From Alphaproteobacteria bacterium (GTDB lineage: Bacteria; Pseudomonadota; Alphaproteobacteria; UBA828): a DNA stretch of 64,000 bases. Below, in pieces: positions 1 through 10,084 of the stretch. Position numbers and translations under genes: made by a program. The notes under the pieces are model-generated. The model was not told the DNA's origin and did no database searches. It saw nothing but the letters and a program-made list of their open reading frames with translations. The DNA lies in NCBI GenBank assembly GCA_963667785.2, contig CAXXMU010000001.1, positions 384,001-448,000 of the forward strand, written 5' to 3'. Each line of letters opens with the position of its first letter. Position 1 is the first letter of the stretch.

Positions 1-401
1 ATGGCCGGCAGGCCGAGCTGGGCCGAGGGCGTGCAGGCGCGGATGTCGCAGGCCAGCGCGAGCTGGAGGCCGCCGCCGACGGCGTAGCCGTGGATCAGGC
101 AGAGCACCAGCTTGTCCATGGTCTCGAACGCCCTGAGCGCCGTATCCCACATGTGGAAATAGCTCGGGTCGATCTGCCCGGCGGCGAGGTCCTTGAGGTC
201 GATGCCGGTGGAGAACGCGCGGCCCGCGCCCGTGATCGACACCATGCGCAGGCTCTCGTCGTCGGCGATCTGCCGGGCGGCATCGAGCATCTCGCGCGCG
301 CCTGTCATGGCGACGGCGTTCAGCCTCTCCGGCCGCCGCAGCTCGAGCCGGGCGAGGCTGCCGTCGCGGGTGAGCGAGATGGTTTCGTAGTCGGCGGTCA
401 T
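1..401 (-). CDS. Enoyl-CoA hydratase/isomerase family protein (5' part; runs off the window start)
   Basis: Manual translation from ATG at 401: MTADYETISLTRDGSLARLELRRPERLNAV...GAGRAFSTGIDLK...IHGYAVGGGLQLALACDIR, which are crotonase motifs. Confidence 0.9.
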   Translation of the reverse strand, partial: MTADYETISLTRDGSLARLELRRPERLNAVAMTGAREMLDAARQIADDESLRMVSITGAGRAFSTGIDLKDLAAGQIDPSYFHMWDTALRAFETMDKLVLCLIHGYAVGGGLQLALACDIRACTPSAQLGLPA

Positions 402-603
402 GGCGGATATCCCTGGCAGCGATGCCGGCCGGGCCTAGAGCGCGCGGGCGGATCGGCTCGAAGAGGCCGCGCAGCATATCGTCGAACCTCCCGACGCGGA
501 ACCCGCGGGCCCCGAAGCCAGGGTCTCAGGCCGGGCGCGGCTCCCGGCTACGCGCGTCGCCGGGAAGAGTGCATAATCCGCGCAGACACCGGGACCGACG
601 CCC

Positions 604-2754
604 ATGGCCGAGCGATCGTTCGCCAAGGAAGTTCAGGACCTGCGCCTCGGCGCGGGCCAGGAGTTCCGCGGCGAGGGCATCCTGGCGATCACCAAGGCTC
701 TGCTGGAATGTGGCGTCGGCTATGTCGGCGGCTATCCGGGCGCTCCGGTCTCGCATCTGATCGACGTTCTTTCCGACGCCGAGGAGATCCTGGACGAGCT
801 CGGCGTGCACTTCGAGGCCAACGCCAGCGAGGCCGCCGCCGCCGCCATGCTCGCGGCATCCGTCAACTATCCGATCCGCGGCGCGGTCACGTTCAAGGGA
901 CCGGTCGGCGCCAATGTCGCGGCCGACGCGCTGGCCAATCTCTCCTCCGGCGGGGTGATGGGCGGCGCGCTGGTGATCCTCGGCGAGGACTACGGCGAAG
1001 GCTCCTCGATCATGCAGGAGCGCACCCATGCCTTCGCCACCAAGTCCCAGCTCTGGCTGATGGACCCGCGGCCCAACCTTCCCTCGATCGTCAAGGCCGT
1101 GCGGGACGGCTTCGCGCTGTCGGAGGCGTCCAACACGCCGGTGATCCTGGAGGTTCGCATCCGGGCCTGCCATGTCTACGGCGCGTTCGAGGCAGGGGAC
1201 AACCGCCCGCCCCAGCTCACGGTGCGCGAGGCGCTCGATAACCCGCAGCGCCGGACCGACCGCATCGCGCTGCCGCCCAACACCTACCGTCACGAGATCG
1301 AGAAGGTCACCCGGCGCATGCCCGCGGCGCTCGACTTCATTCGCGAGCGCGGGCTGAACGAGCGCTTCGGCGAGGGCGGCGAGGTCGGGATCATCCTGCA
1401 GGGCGGCATGTACAACGGCGTGATCCGGGCGCTGCAGCGGCTGGGGCTGGCCGATGCCTACGGCGAGACGCAGATTCCGCTTCTCGTCCTCAACGTCACC
1501 TACCCTCTGGTCGACTCCGAGGTGCTCGAGTTCTGCCGGGACAAGAAGGCGGTTCTGGTGGTGGAGGAGGGCCAGCCCGCCTACATCGAGGATGCGATCG
1601 CCGCCGCCCTCTACCGGGCCGGCGCCGGCTGCAAGCTCGAGGGCAAGGGCACTCTGCCAATGGCCGGCGAATACACCGGCTCCGTGCTGATGGAGGGGGT
1701 GACGCGCTTCCTGCGCGAACACGGGGAGCGGCATCTGCCGGACGCGGAGCGCGCGCCCGGCGACGGCGCGCCGGAGACGGCGCCTCCCGATCTCTCGGAT
1801 ATCGTCCCGATCCGCCCGCCCGGCTTCTGCACCGGCTGTCCGGAGCGTCCGATCTTCGCCGCCACGAAGCTGGTGGAGGAGGAGCTGGGCGTCCACCACA
1901 TCGCGAGCGACATCGGCTGCCACCTCTTCTCGATCCTGCCGCCTTTCGAGATCGGCTCCACCACCATGGGCTACGGCCTCGGGCCGGCATCTGCGGCCGG
2001 GCTCGGCGTCAAGGGAGGCCGGCGCTCGATCAGCTTCATCGGCGACGGTGGGTTCTGGCACAACGGGCTGACATCGTCGGTCGGCAACGCGGTCTACAAC
2101 CAGAGCGACGACGTGATCGTGGTGGTGGACAATTTCTACGCCGCCGCCACCGGCGGGCAGGACGTTCCCTCCTCTCGTGCCGCGCCCGCGACCAGGTCCA
2201 CGCAGCATTCGATCGCGGACGCGGTCAGGGGCCTCGGCGTCACATGGGTGCGGGAGATCGACCGGACCTACGACGTGGGACGGCTGAAGGAGACGCTGAC
2301 CGAGGCACTGACGACGCCGGAAGCCGGGCCGAAGGTGATCGTCGCCTCCTCCGAATGCATGCTGAACAAGCAGCGGCGCGAACGACCCCGGCGGGAGCAG
2401 GCCATCGCGGCCGGCGAGCGGGCGGTGGTGCCGCGCTTCGGCGTGGACGAGGACGTCTGCACCGGCGACCACGCCTGCATGCGGCTCTCCGGCTGCCCAT
2501 CGCTCTCGGTGAAGACTCTCGACGACCCGCTCCGCGACGATCCCGTCGCGGCGATCGACGAGAGCTGCGTCGGCTGCGGCAATTGCGGCGAGGTCGCGGA
2601 GGCCGCGGTGCTCTGCCCCTCCTTTCACCGGGTCGATATCGTCCGCAATCCGGGCCTCGCCGAGCGCATCGCCGCCCGGCTCGGCGGCGCGCTCATCGGC
2701 TGGCTGCAGGCCAGGCGCGACCGCCGACGGCTCGTGTTCGGAGAAGGCGGGTGA
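604..2754 (+). CDS. iorA: Indolepyruvate ferredoxin oxidoreductase alpha subunit
   Basis: GYPGAPVS, RPPGFCTGCPER, DIGC, TPP-binding GDGGFWHNG, C-terminal ferredoxin CVGCGNC. Confidence 0.92.
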   Translation: MAERSFAKEVQDLRLGAGQEFRGEGILAITKALLECGVGYVGGYPGAPVSHLIDVLSDAEEILDELGVHFEANASEAAAAAMLAASVNYPIRGAVTFKGPVGANVAADALANLSSGGVMGGALVILGEDYGEGSSIMQERTHAFATKSQLWLMDPRPNLPSIVKAVRDGFALSEASNTPVILEVRIRACHVYGAFEAGDNRPPQLTVREALDNPQRRTDRIALPPNTYRHEIEKVTRRMPAALDFIRERGLNERFGEGGEVGIILQGGMYNGVIRALQRLGLADAYGETQIPLLVLNVTYPLVDSEVLEFCRDKKAVLVVEEGQPAYIEDAIAAALYRAGAGCKLEGKGTLPMAGEYTGSVLMEGVTRFLREHGERHLPDAERAPGDGAPETAPPDLSDIVPIRPPGFCTGCPERPIFAATKLVEEELGVHHIASDIGCHLFSILPPFEIGSTTMGYGLGPASAAGLGVKGGRRSISFIGDGGFWHNGLTSSVGNAVYNQSDDVIVVVDNFYAAATGGQDVPSSRAAPATRSTQHSIADAVRGLGVTWVREIDRTYDVGRLKETLTEALTTPEAGPKVIVASSECMLNKQRRERPRREQAIAAGERAVVPRFGVDEDVCTGDHACMRLSGCPSLSVKTLDDPLRDDPVAAIDESCVGCGNCGEVAEAAVLCPSFHRVDIVRNPGLAERIAARLGGALIGWLQARRDRRRLVFGEGG

Positions 2755-4253
2755 GCGCGCCGCAGGTGATCAAGCTCGCGATCCTCGCCGTCGGCGGGCA
2801 GGGCGGCGGCGTGCTGACGGGATGGATCGTGGCGCTGGCCGAGGCCAACGGCTGGCGGGTCCAGTCGACCGTCGTGGCGGGCGTCGCGCAGCGCACCGGG
2901 GCGACCATCTACTACCTCGAGATGTCGCCGGCGGCGGAGCGGGAGCCGGTCTTCGCGCTCGCGCCGTCGGCGGGCGACGTGGACATCCTGATCGCCGCGG
3001 AGCTGATGGAGGCGGGCCGCGCGGTGATGCGCGGCTTCGTGACACCCGACCGGACCACGCTGATCGCGTCCACCCACCGCACCCACGCGGTCTCGGAGAA
3101 GATCGCGCCGGGCGACGGGCGGGCGCCCGAGGCCGAGGTCTTCGCCGCCATGGAGGGGGCGGCGAAGCAGCTCGTCACGGCGGACTACCAGCGGGCGGCG
3201 GCGGACGCCGGCTCGGTGATCTCCGCAAGCCTCTTCGGCGCGCTCGCCGCAACGGACGCGCTGCCCTTCCCCCGCGCGAGCTTCGAGGACGTGATCAGGG
3301 CATCGGGCCGCGGGGTCGACGCGAGCCTGCGCGCCTTCGAGGCGGGCGCGGCAGGCAACCCACCGCCCACCGAAGAGGCGGCCCGCAGCGAGGCGGGGCC
3401 GCGCGGGCCGGCCCGGCTGATGGCGGAATGGCGGGCGCTGGAGACCCGGCTCGCGACGCTGCCCGACCCGGTCCGCGCCATGGCGGCGGCAGGCCTCAGG
3501 CATGTGGTCGACTTTCAAGACCCGGCTTACGGCCGGGAGTATCTCGACCGCCTGGACCGCGTCGTGGCGGCGGACGATGGCGACTTCGCGCTCTCCGTCG
3601 CCGCCGCCAAGCATGTCGCCAACGCCATGGCCTATGACGACGTGATCCGGGTGGCGGACCTGAAGACCCGCCGCTCCCGCTTCGAGCGGGTGCGCCGCGA
3701 GATGGGGCTCGGCCCGGGCGACGTGGCCCATATAACCGAGTTCATGCGTCCGCGGGTCGAGGAGCTGTGCGGCACGATGCCGGCAGGCCTCGGCGCCTGG
3801 ATCGAGGCCAGGCCCCGGCTTGTCCGCTGGATCGACGCCCGGATCAACAGGGGCCGACGGGTGCGCAGCGACGGGGTTCTCTGGTTCGGCCTGCTCTACG
3901 TCCTCGCCGCGGGGAAGCGGTGGCGCCGCAGCATGCTCCGCCACCGGGTCGAGACGGCGCATCTCGAGCGCTGGCTAGCGTTGGCGCTGGAAGCCGCGCG
4001 GACGGACCGGGAGCTCGCGGCGGAGATCGTGAACTGCCGCAGGCTGATCAAGGGATATTCCGACACCCGCGCCAGGGGCGAGGCCACGTTCGACAAGGTG
4101 CTCGCGGCGCTCTCCATGCTGGAAGGCCGCGCGGATGCGGCCGACTGGCTGCGCCGGCTGCGCGAGGCGGCGCTCCGAGACGAGAAGGGCGAGGCCCTGG
4201 AGGGCGGGCTGAAGACGATCGCCTCCTTTGCTGCGGAGGCGGCGGCGACCTAG
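2751..4253 (+). CDS. iorB: Indolepyruvate oxidoreductase beta-subunit family protein
   Basis: GTG start overlaps iorA stop; AVGGQGGG, GVAQRTGAT, MAYDDVIRVADLK, LIKGYSDTRARG. Confidence 0.9.
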   Translation: MSAPQVIKLAILAVGGQGGGVLTGWIVALAEANGWRVQSTVVAGVAQRTGATIYYLEMSPAAEREPVFALAPSAGDVDILIAAELMEAGRAVMRGFVTPDRTTLIASTHRTHAVSEKIAPGDGRAPEAEVFAAMEGAAKQLVTADYQRAAADAGSVISASLFGALAATDALPFPRASFEDVIRASGRGVDASLRAFEAGAAGNPPPTEEAARSEAGPRGPARLMAEWRALETRLATLPDPVRAMAAAGLRHVVDFQDPAYGREYLDRLDRVVAADDGDFALSVAAAKHVANAMAYDDVIRVADLKTRRSRFERVRREMGLGPGDVAHITEFMRPRVEELCGTMPAGLGAWIEARPRLVRWIDARINRGRRVRSDGVLWFGLLYVLAAGKRWRRSMLRHRVETAHLERWLALALEAARTDRELAAEIVNCRRLIKGYSDTRARGEATFDKVLAALSMLEGRADAADWLRRLREAALRDEKGEALEGGLKTIASFAAEAAAT

Positions 4254-4412
4254 CCCGATAGCGGGCGCACGCGCCAACCGACCGAAACTTTTTCCCGAAG
4301 TCGGTATCACGGGCAAATAGGTGTTGCGACCCGCGGCTTGCGGGTATATGCCGCCGCTCCCGGGTTGGACCGTATTGTTTAGCCGGCCCCGCCACCCCAC
4401 ATCGGCATCGCC

Positions 4413-5663
4413 ATGACCACGACGCTTCGGCAGCTCGCCGCGCTGCTGCTCAGCACGGCGATCCTCTTCACCGGCAACGGGCTGATCAACACGTTGCTGC
4501 CCGTGCGCGCCGAGATCGAGGCGTTCTCCACGCTCGAGATCGGCCTGCTCGGCACGGTCTATTTCGCGGGCTTCATCCTCGGCTGCCTCAACGTGCCCCT
4601 GGTGGTGCGCCGGGTCGGCCACATCAGGACCTTCGCGGCGCTCTCCAGCGTGATCGCCGCGACGGCGCTGGCCCATGTCTTCTTCATCGACCCCATCGCC
4701 TGGGGGGTGCTGCGCTTCCTCGTCGGCTTCGCCTTCGCCGGCCTCTACGTGGCCATCGAGAGCTGGCTGAACGACCGCGCCGCGTCTGCCAACCGCGGTG
4801 CGATCATGTCGGCCTACACGTTCATCTGCCTGTGCGTGCTGATGGCGGGCCAGTTCCTGCTGACGGCGTACGATCCCGCCGGCTTCGAGCCGTTCGCGCT
4901 GGTCGCGATCCTGATCGCCATCGCGCTGGTGCCGGTGTCGCTGACCAAGGCGCCGGAGCCGCCCCGGCCCGTGACCATCGGCCTCGACATCGCGGGCCTC
5001 TGGCGGCTCTCGCCCGTGGGCTTCGTCGGCTGCCTGAGCGTCGGCCTCGTCAACGGCTCGTTCTGGTCGCTGGGGCCGGTCTTCGCCAGCCGCAGCGGGC
5101 TGGACATCGACGGCCTCGTCTACTTCATCGCCGGCGCGACCCTCGCCGGCGCCCTGCTGCAGTGGCCGCTGGGCCTCGTGTCCGACCGCATCGACCGGCG
5201 CTTCGTGATCGTCGGCGCAACGCTTTGCGCGGCGGCGAGCGGTGTCCTGCTCAGCACCTGGGCGGAGCCCTCGCGCCTCCTGCTGATCGCTCTCTCGGCC
5301 GCATTCGGCGGCTTCGCCATGCCGCTCTACGCCGTCTCGGTGGCGCATGCGAACGACCACGCGGCCGACACCCGCTTCGTGGCGACGGCGGGTGGGCTGC
5401 TGCTCGTCTACGGCATCGGCGCGTCGCTCGGGCCGCTGATCGCATCGACGCTGATGGGATACTACGGCAGCGGCGGGCTCTTCATGTTCACGACCGCCGT
5501 CCACGCGGCGCTGGCGCTGTTCACCATCGTCCGCATGACGCTGCGGCCGAGGCGGGCGGCGGAGGACCGCACCGGCTTTGTCGCCGTGCCGCGCACCTCG
5601 CCCACCCTCTACGAGCTGGACCCGCGATCCGAAGCGGAATCGGACGGCGACACGACGCGCTAA
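4413..5663 (+). CDS. MFS transporter (YcaD-like)
   Basis: About 12 hydrophobic segments; RRVGHIRTFA, IESWLN, QWPLGLVSDRIDRR. Confidence 0.88.
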   Translation: MTTTLRQLAALLLSTAILFTGNGLINTLLPVRAEIEAFSTLEIGLLGTVYFAGFILGCLNVPLVVRRVGHIRTFAALSSVIAATALAHVFFIDPIAWGVLRFLVGFAFAGLYVAIESWLNDRAASANRGAIMSAYTFICLCVLMAGQFLLTAYDPAGFEPFALVAILIAIALVPVSLTKAPEPPRPVTIGLDIAGLWRLSPVGFVGCLSVGLVNGSFWSLGPVFASRSGLDIDGLVYFIAGATLAGALLQWPLGLVSDRIDRRFVIVGATLCAAASGVLLSTWAEPSRLLLIALSAAFGGFAMPLYAVSVAHANDHAADTRFVATAGGLLLVYGIGASLGPLIASTLMGYYGSGGLFMFTTAVHAALALFTIVRMTLRPRRAAEDRTGFVAVPRTSPTLYELDPRSEAESDGDTTR

Positions 5664-5738
5664 TGCGGTCATGCTGGTAGGGTTCCGGCGGACGCCTGCG
5701 CGCGTCCCGGCCGCTCTCGCAGACCGTGAGGAGGCCTC

Positions 5739-6620
5739 TTGACCACGTTCTCCGGGCCCGATCGCGGCCGCATCACCGGCCGCCTGTGGGTGCTCGCGGC
5801 CGGGCTTTGCATGAGCCTCGGCGGGCCGATCATCCGGCTCGCCGATGAAAGCACCGCGTGGCAGTTCCTCTTCTACCGCTCCCTCGGCGCGGCGCTGGCG
5901 GTGCTCGTCTACCTGATCCTCACCCGTCGCCCCGTGCTCTCCACGATCCGCCGCGCAGGCCTGACCGGCGTGCTGGCGGGCGTCGGTCTCTCGATCGCCT
6001 TCACCGGCTACGTGTGGGGCGTCATGCACTCCACCGTGGCGAATGCGCTCCTCCTGATCAGCGCGTCTCCGTTGTTTGCGGCGTTCCTCGGCTGGGTGGT
6101 GCTGCGCGAGCGGGTGGCCCGTTCGATGTGGTTCGCCATGGCCGGCGTGATCGCCGGTGTCGCGATCATGATCGGGGAGGGTCTCGTCGAGGCCGATTTC
6201 CTCGGCGATCTGGCGGCGCTGGCGTCCGCGGTCGGTTTCGCCGGCTTCTCCGTCTGCATCCGACACGGCCGGCACACCGACATGAGCCCGTCGATCCTGA
6301 TCGCCGCCGCCATCACCATCGTCTTCAGCGGGACGATGGCGGCAGCCAGCGGCACCGGCCTCGCGCCGCCGATCGTGGACGTGGGCCTTGCCACGATGTA
6401 CGGCGTGCTGGTGATCGGCGCCGGCATCTTCATGCTCACCATCGGCGCGCGAAACGTCCCCGCCGCGGAGCTGCTCGTCCTGTCCTTGACGGAGGTGGTG
6501 TTCGCGTCGCTCTGGGTGGCGCTCGCCTTCGGAGAGGTGCCGAGCGTTCTTACCCTCGTCGGCGGCCTGATCATCCTCGGCAGCATTGGCGGCCAGGCCG
6601 CCGTCGGGATGCGCCGGTAG
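5739..6620 (+). CDS. DMT/EamA family transporter
   Basis: About 10 TM segments, two EamA-like halves (SPLFAAFLGWVVLRERV). Confidence 0.88.
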   Translation: MTTFSGPDRGRITGRLWVLAAGLCMSLGGPIIRLADESTAWQFLFYRSLGAALAVLVYLILTRRPVLSTIRRAGLTGVLAGVGLSIAFTGYVWGVMHSTVANALLLISASPLFAAFLGWVVLRERVARSMWFAMAGVIAGVAIMIGEGLVEADFLGDLAALASAVGFAGFSVCIRHGRHTDMSPSILIAAAITIVFSGTMAAASGTGLAPPIVDVGLATMYGVLVIGAGIFMLTIGARNVPAAELLVLSLTEVVFASLWVALAFGEVPSVLTLVGGLIILGSIGGQAAVGMRR

Positions 6621-6838
6621 CCGCGCCACAAGAACGCGGCATCCAACCGCCGAGGGAGCCATAAGGAGGCGCTATCCGTCCGCAAAGAAAACGGTATTGG
6701 TGCGCGGCGCCCGGCGTCGGGCACCATGGTCCCCATCCTGCGCAGGTTGAGCGGGGGTGGGAGCGGAAGCCTCCCTGACCGTAGTCCCGCCTCGTCGCCG
6801 CCGGCGCCGGTTGTTGCCGGCGCCGGCGGCAAGGGGGC

Positions 6839-8128
6839 TCACTCCACCTTCGACGGCCCCTGGCGCACCAGCCGGGTGCCGAAGCCCCGGCCCTTGACGA
6901 TGGCGTCCTCGCCGAACCTCTCCCGCACCGCATCGAGCGCCCTGTCGATCCTGTCCTCGGCCGGCGCGGCGGTGCCGAAGAGATCGGGCTGCACCGTCTC
7001 CCCGGCCGGGGAGAGATCGTGGGCGCCGATGCCGATGAGGCGAAAGGCGCGGCCGTCGGCCTCGCGGTCGAGCAGCGGGGCTGCGGCGCGGAACATCTCG
7101 TCGGCAGACTGAGTGGCGGCGCCGAGCCGGCGCGCGCGGGTGATGATGCGGAAGTCGGCCGTCTTGAGCTTGAGCGTGACCCCGCCGCCGGCGAGCTCGG
7201 CCTTCTTCATGCGCCGCGCCACCGTCTCCGCGAGCCGCCACAGGATCGGCCGCAGGGCTGCGGCATCGGATAGGTCCTCGTCGAGCGTGATCTCCGAGGA
7301 GACGCTCTTGGTCTCGCGCGCGGGATCGACCGGGCGGTCGTCCTCGCCGCGGGCGCACCGGTGGAGCCGCGTGCCGATCTTGCCGTAGCGGGCGACGAGC
7401 GTGGCCTCGTCGATGCGGGCAAGCTCGCCGATGAGCGTGATGCCGTCGTCGGACAGGCGCTTCTGCATGGCCCGGCCCACGCCCCAGAGAAGGCCCACCG
7501 GCCTGTCGGCGAGGAAGGCCCGGGCCTCCTTCCTGCCGATCACGGCGAAGCCCCGGGGCTTCTCCAGGTCGGAGGCGATCTTGGCCAGGAACTTGTTGTA
7601 GCTGAGGCCGACGGAGACGGTGATGGCGAGAGCTTCCTCCACCCGCCGGGCCAGCAGCGCCAGGGTCGCGGCTGCGCTGGCGCGGTGCAGGGATTGGGTG
7701 CCGGAGAGGTCCATGAACGCCTCGTCGATCGAGAGCGGCTCCACCAGCGGCGTGCACGCCAGCATCATCGCCCGCACCTCGCGGCCGACGGCGGCGTATT
7801 TCTTCATGTCCGGCCTGATGACGACCGCATCGGGGCAGGCCTCGAGGGCCTTGAACATGGGCATGGCGGAGCGCACCCCGTAGCCGCGGGCGATGTAGCA
7901 GCAGGCGGCGACGACCCCTCGGTGCCGACCGCCCACGATCACAGGGCGGTCGCGGATCTCCGGCCGGTCCCGCTTCTCGATCGCGGCGTAGAAGGCATCG
8001 CAGTCGAGATGGGCTATGGCGAGATCGTGGAGCTCGGCGTGTCCGAGCACGCGCGCGGAGCCGCAGGCCGGGCAGGCGCCGGCATGGGCGAGCGGCCGAT
8101 GGCCGCAGTCGCGGCACAGGGTTTGCAC
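6839..8128 (-). CDS. dinB: DNA polymerase IV (Y family)
   Basis: HLDCDAFYAAIE, YIARGYGVRSAMP, SIDEAFMD, NKFLAKIASDLEKPRG; N-terminal CxxC...CxxC. Confidence 0.95.
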   Translation of the reverse strand: MQTLCRDCGHRPLAHAGACPACGSARVLGHAELHDLAIAHLDCDAFYAAIEKRDRPEIRDRPVIVGGRHRGVVAACCYIARGYGVRSAMPMFKALEACPDAVVIRPDMKKYAAVGREVRAMMLACTPLVEPLSIDEAFMDLSGTQSLHRASAAATLALLARRVEEALAITVSVGLSYNKFLAKIASDLEKPRGFAVIGRKEARAFLADRPVGLLWGVGRAMQKRLSDDGITLIGELARIDEATLVARYGKIGTRLHRCARGEDDRPVDPARETKSVSSEITLDEDLSDAAALRPILWRLAETVARRMKKAELAGGGVTLKLKTADFRIITRARRLGAATQSADEMFRAAAPLLDREADGRAFRLIGIGAHDLSPAGETVQPDLFGTAAPAEDRIDRALDAVRERFGEDAIVKGRGFGTRLVRQGPSKVE

Positions 8129-8194
8129 GGGCCGATCATAGGACTCGATCCGGACCGTGCGAAGCGACGCCTTCCGCTATGCCGCCGCCGACCG

Positions 8195-9424
8195 CTACTC
8201 GAAGCCGCAGGCCGCCGCGCTCGTGCCGATCGATGCCCAGCGGCCGTCCTGCGTGCCGAAGCAGCCGTCGCGCCACTCACCCTTGAAGGTAGTACCGTCG
8301 CCCTGGACGTAGGTCCCTTGCCCGTGTGGCTTGCCGTCGCGCCAGTTGCCCTCGTAGCGCTCGCCGCTGGCCTCGGTGAAGGTTCCGTAGCCGTGCTGCT
8401 TGCCGTCGCGAAGCTCGCCCTCGTAGCGGAAGCCGTTGGCCCAGGTCAGGACCCCCCGCCCGTGCATCTTGCCGGCCTCCATGCCGCCTTCGTAGACCCC
8501 TTCGCCGCCGCGGTACACCAGCTTCCCTTCGCCCGAGGCCTTGCCCTCGACACAGGCGCCCGTCCAGGTGAAGGGCTCGTAGTCCCGGTTGCCGTAGTTC
8601 CAGACTTCGCAGGGCTGGTTCTCGGTGATGGACCAGTCCGCGCCCACGCGCGGGGGCGTGTCCGCCGGCCGCGGCGCTGCGTCGTCCTCCTGCACCGCCT
8701 CCGGTACCGCCTCCTGCCGCGTCGCCCTCAGGAGCGGTGCGTAGATGAAGGCGGTGCCGCCCTGGAAGGCGACCCGCAGCCAGTCCCGCCCCCTGACCTC
8801 GCCGGTCACGCGCAGCTCGTCGCCGGCCCCCACCGTGCCGATGATGTCGTAGTCAGGGCTCGGGCCCGTCCTCAGATTGGCGGCTTCCGACGCCCTCATC
8901 AGACGGTTTGCCTGCTCGATCCTGTAGCGATCCGCCGGCGGGCCTTCCTGCGCCGGCTGCTCTCCCTGCTCGCTGGCGACCGGATCGTCCGGGCCGGGGC
9001 CGTCGGTGCCGCACTTGCCCCGCTCGTAGGAGAAATGGACGACGCAGGCTCTCGCCTGCTCCTCGAACAGCGGCAGGCAATCGGGGAACGCGCGATTGTC
9101 CGTCTCCGACAGGAACTCGGTGTTCTCCCTGCAGAGCGCGATCTTTCGGTCGATGGTGCCGAGGCATTGCTGGCGCTGCGCGGGAAGCTGTGTGTAGATC
9201 ACGCCCGCGATATCGCCGTGTCTGGGCTTCACGATCCGCCCGTCGGAGGCCTCGCACCCGAAGACGAAGTCTTCGATATGCGTCTCCGTCGCCTCGGCGC
9301 CCGACCAGACCATCGACGCGGCAAGCGCTGCCGTCGCGGCCGCGAACAGCGTGGCGCTGCCGCCGCGCGGCACGGTGCGCAGGAGCCGTGCCGGTCGCGC
9401 TATATCAAAAATGCGGGTCATCAT
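8195..9424 (-). CDS. Secreted protein: Cys-rich N-domain + bacterial SH3 + MORN repeats
   Basis: Signal-like hydrophobic N-terminus; ANLRTGPSPDYDIIG (SH3_3); repeated YEGxxxxGKxHGxG (MORN). Confidence 0.82.
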   Translation of the reverse strand: MMTRIFDIARPARLLRTVPRGGSATLFAAATAALAASMVWSGAEATETHIEDFVFGCEASDGRIVKPRHGDIAGVIYTQLPAQRQQCLGTIDRKIALCRENTEFLSETDNRAFPDCLPLFEEQARACVVHFSYERGKCGTDGPGPDDPVASEQGEQPAQEGPPADRYRIEQANRLMRASEAANLRTGPSPDYDIIGTVGAGDELRVTGEVRGRDWLRVAFQGGTAFIYAPLLRATRQEAVPEAVQEDDAAPRPADTPPRVGADWSITENQPCEVWNYGNRDYEPFTWTGACVEGKASGEGKLVYRGGEGVYEGGMEAGKMHGRGVLTWANGFRYEGELRDGKQHGYGTFTEASGERYEGNWRDGKPHGQGTYVQGDGTTFKGEWRDGCFGTQDGRWASIGTSAAACGFE

Positions 9425-9507
9425 GCGCCCACTATAGTACAGACAGACGCCCGGCTGTGTCGCTACCGTGACAAGGCGGTTGGCGGCGTGCGAAAGGAAG
9501 GCCGCCG

Positions 9508-9927
9508 ATGGATGCCGACGAGATCATCGCCCGCTACGCGCTCGCGCCGCATCCGGAGGGCGGCCACTACCGCGAGACCTATCGCGCCGTCGCCGAAGAC
9601 GGCGGCCGCGGGGCGGTGACCGCCATCTACTACCTGCTGAGGGAGGGCGAGGTCTCCCACTGGCACCGGGTCGACGCGGTGGAGATCTGGCACTACCACG
9701 CGGGCGCTGCGCTGATGCTGGAGCTCTCTCCCGACGGTGTCGGGATCACCCGCCACCGGCTGGGCGCCGGCGCCGGCGCGGAGCCCCAGGTGACGGTTCC
9801 CGCCCGCGCCTGGCAGAGCGCCCGGTCGGAAGGCGACTGGACGCTGGTCGGCTGCACTGTGGCGCCGGCCTTCGAGTTCTCGGGCTTCGAGCTTGCGCCG
9901 GCCGGCTGGCGCCCCGGACGCCGGTAG
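9508..9927 (+). CDS. Cupin domain protein (DUF985/cupin_5)
   Basis: LAPHPEGGHYRETY, TAIYYLL, SHWHRV, GCTVAPAFEF. Confidence 0.92.
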   Translation: MDADEIIARYALAPHPEGGHYRETYRAVAEDGGRGAVTAIYYLLREGEVSHWHRVDAVEIWHYHAGAALMLELSPDGVGITRHRLGAGAGAEPQVTVPARAWQSARSEGDWTLVGCTVAPAFEFSGFELAPAGWRPGRR

Positions 9928-10084
9928 GGGTGCCGCGCAGCGCCGGGTCTGCTCCGCGTCTCTCGCCATCGTGACGAGTGGCGTCGCATTTTCCGTGGAT
10001 GAGGGGCGGGAACACGCCATATAGTCCGCCGAGCACACTCTGGAGCGGGGAGCGGCGGTCGCTGCCCGACGAACGGCGGGGACG

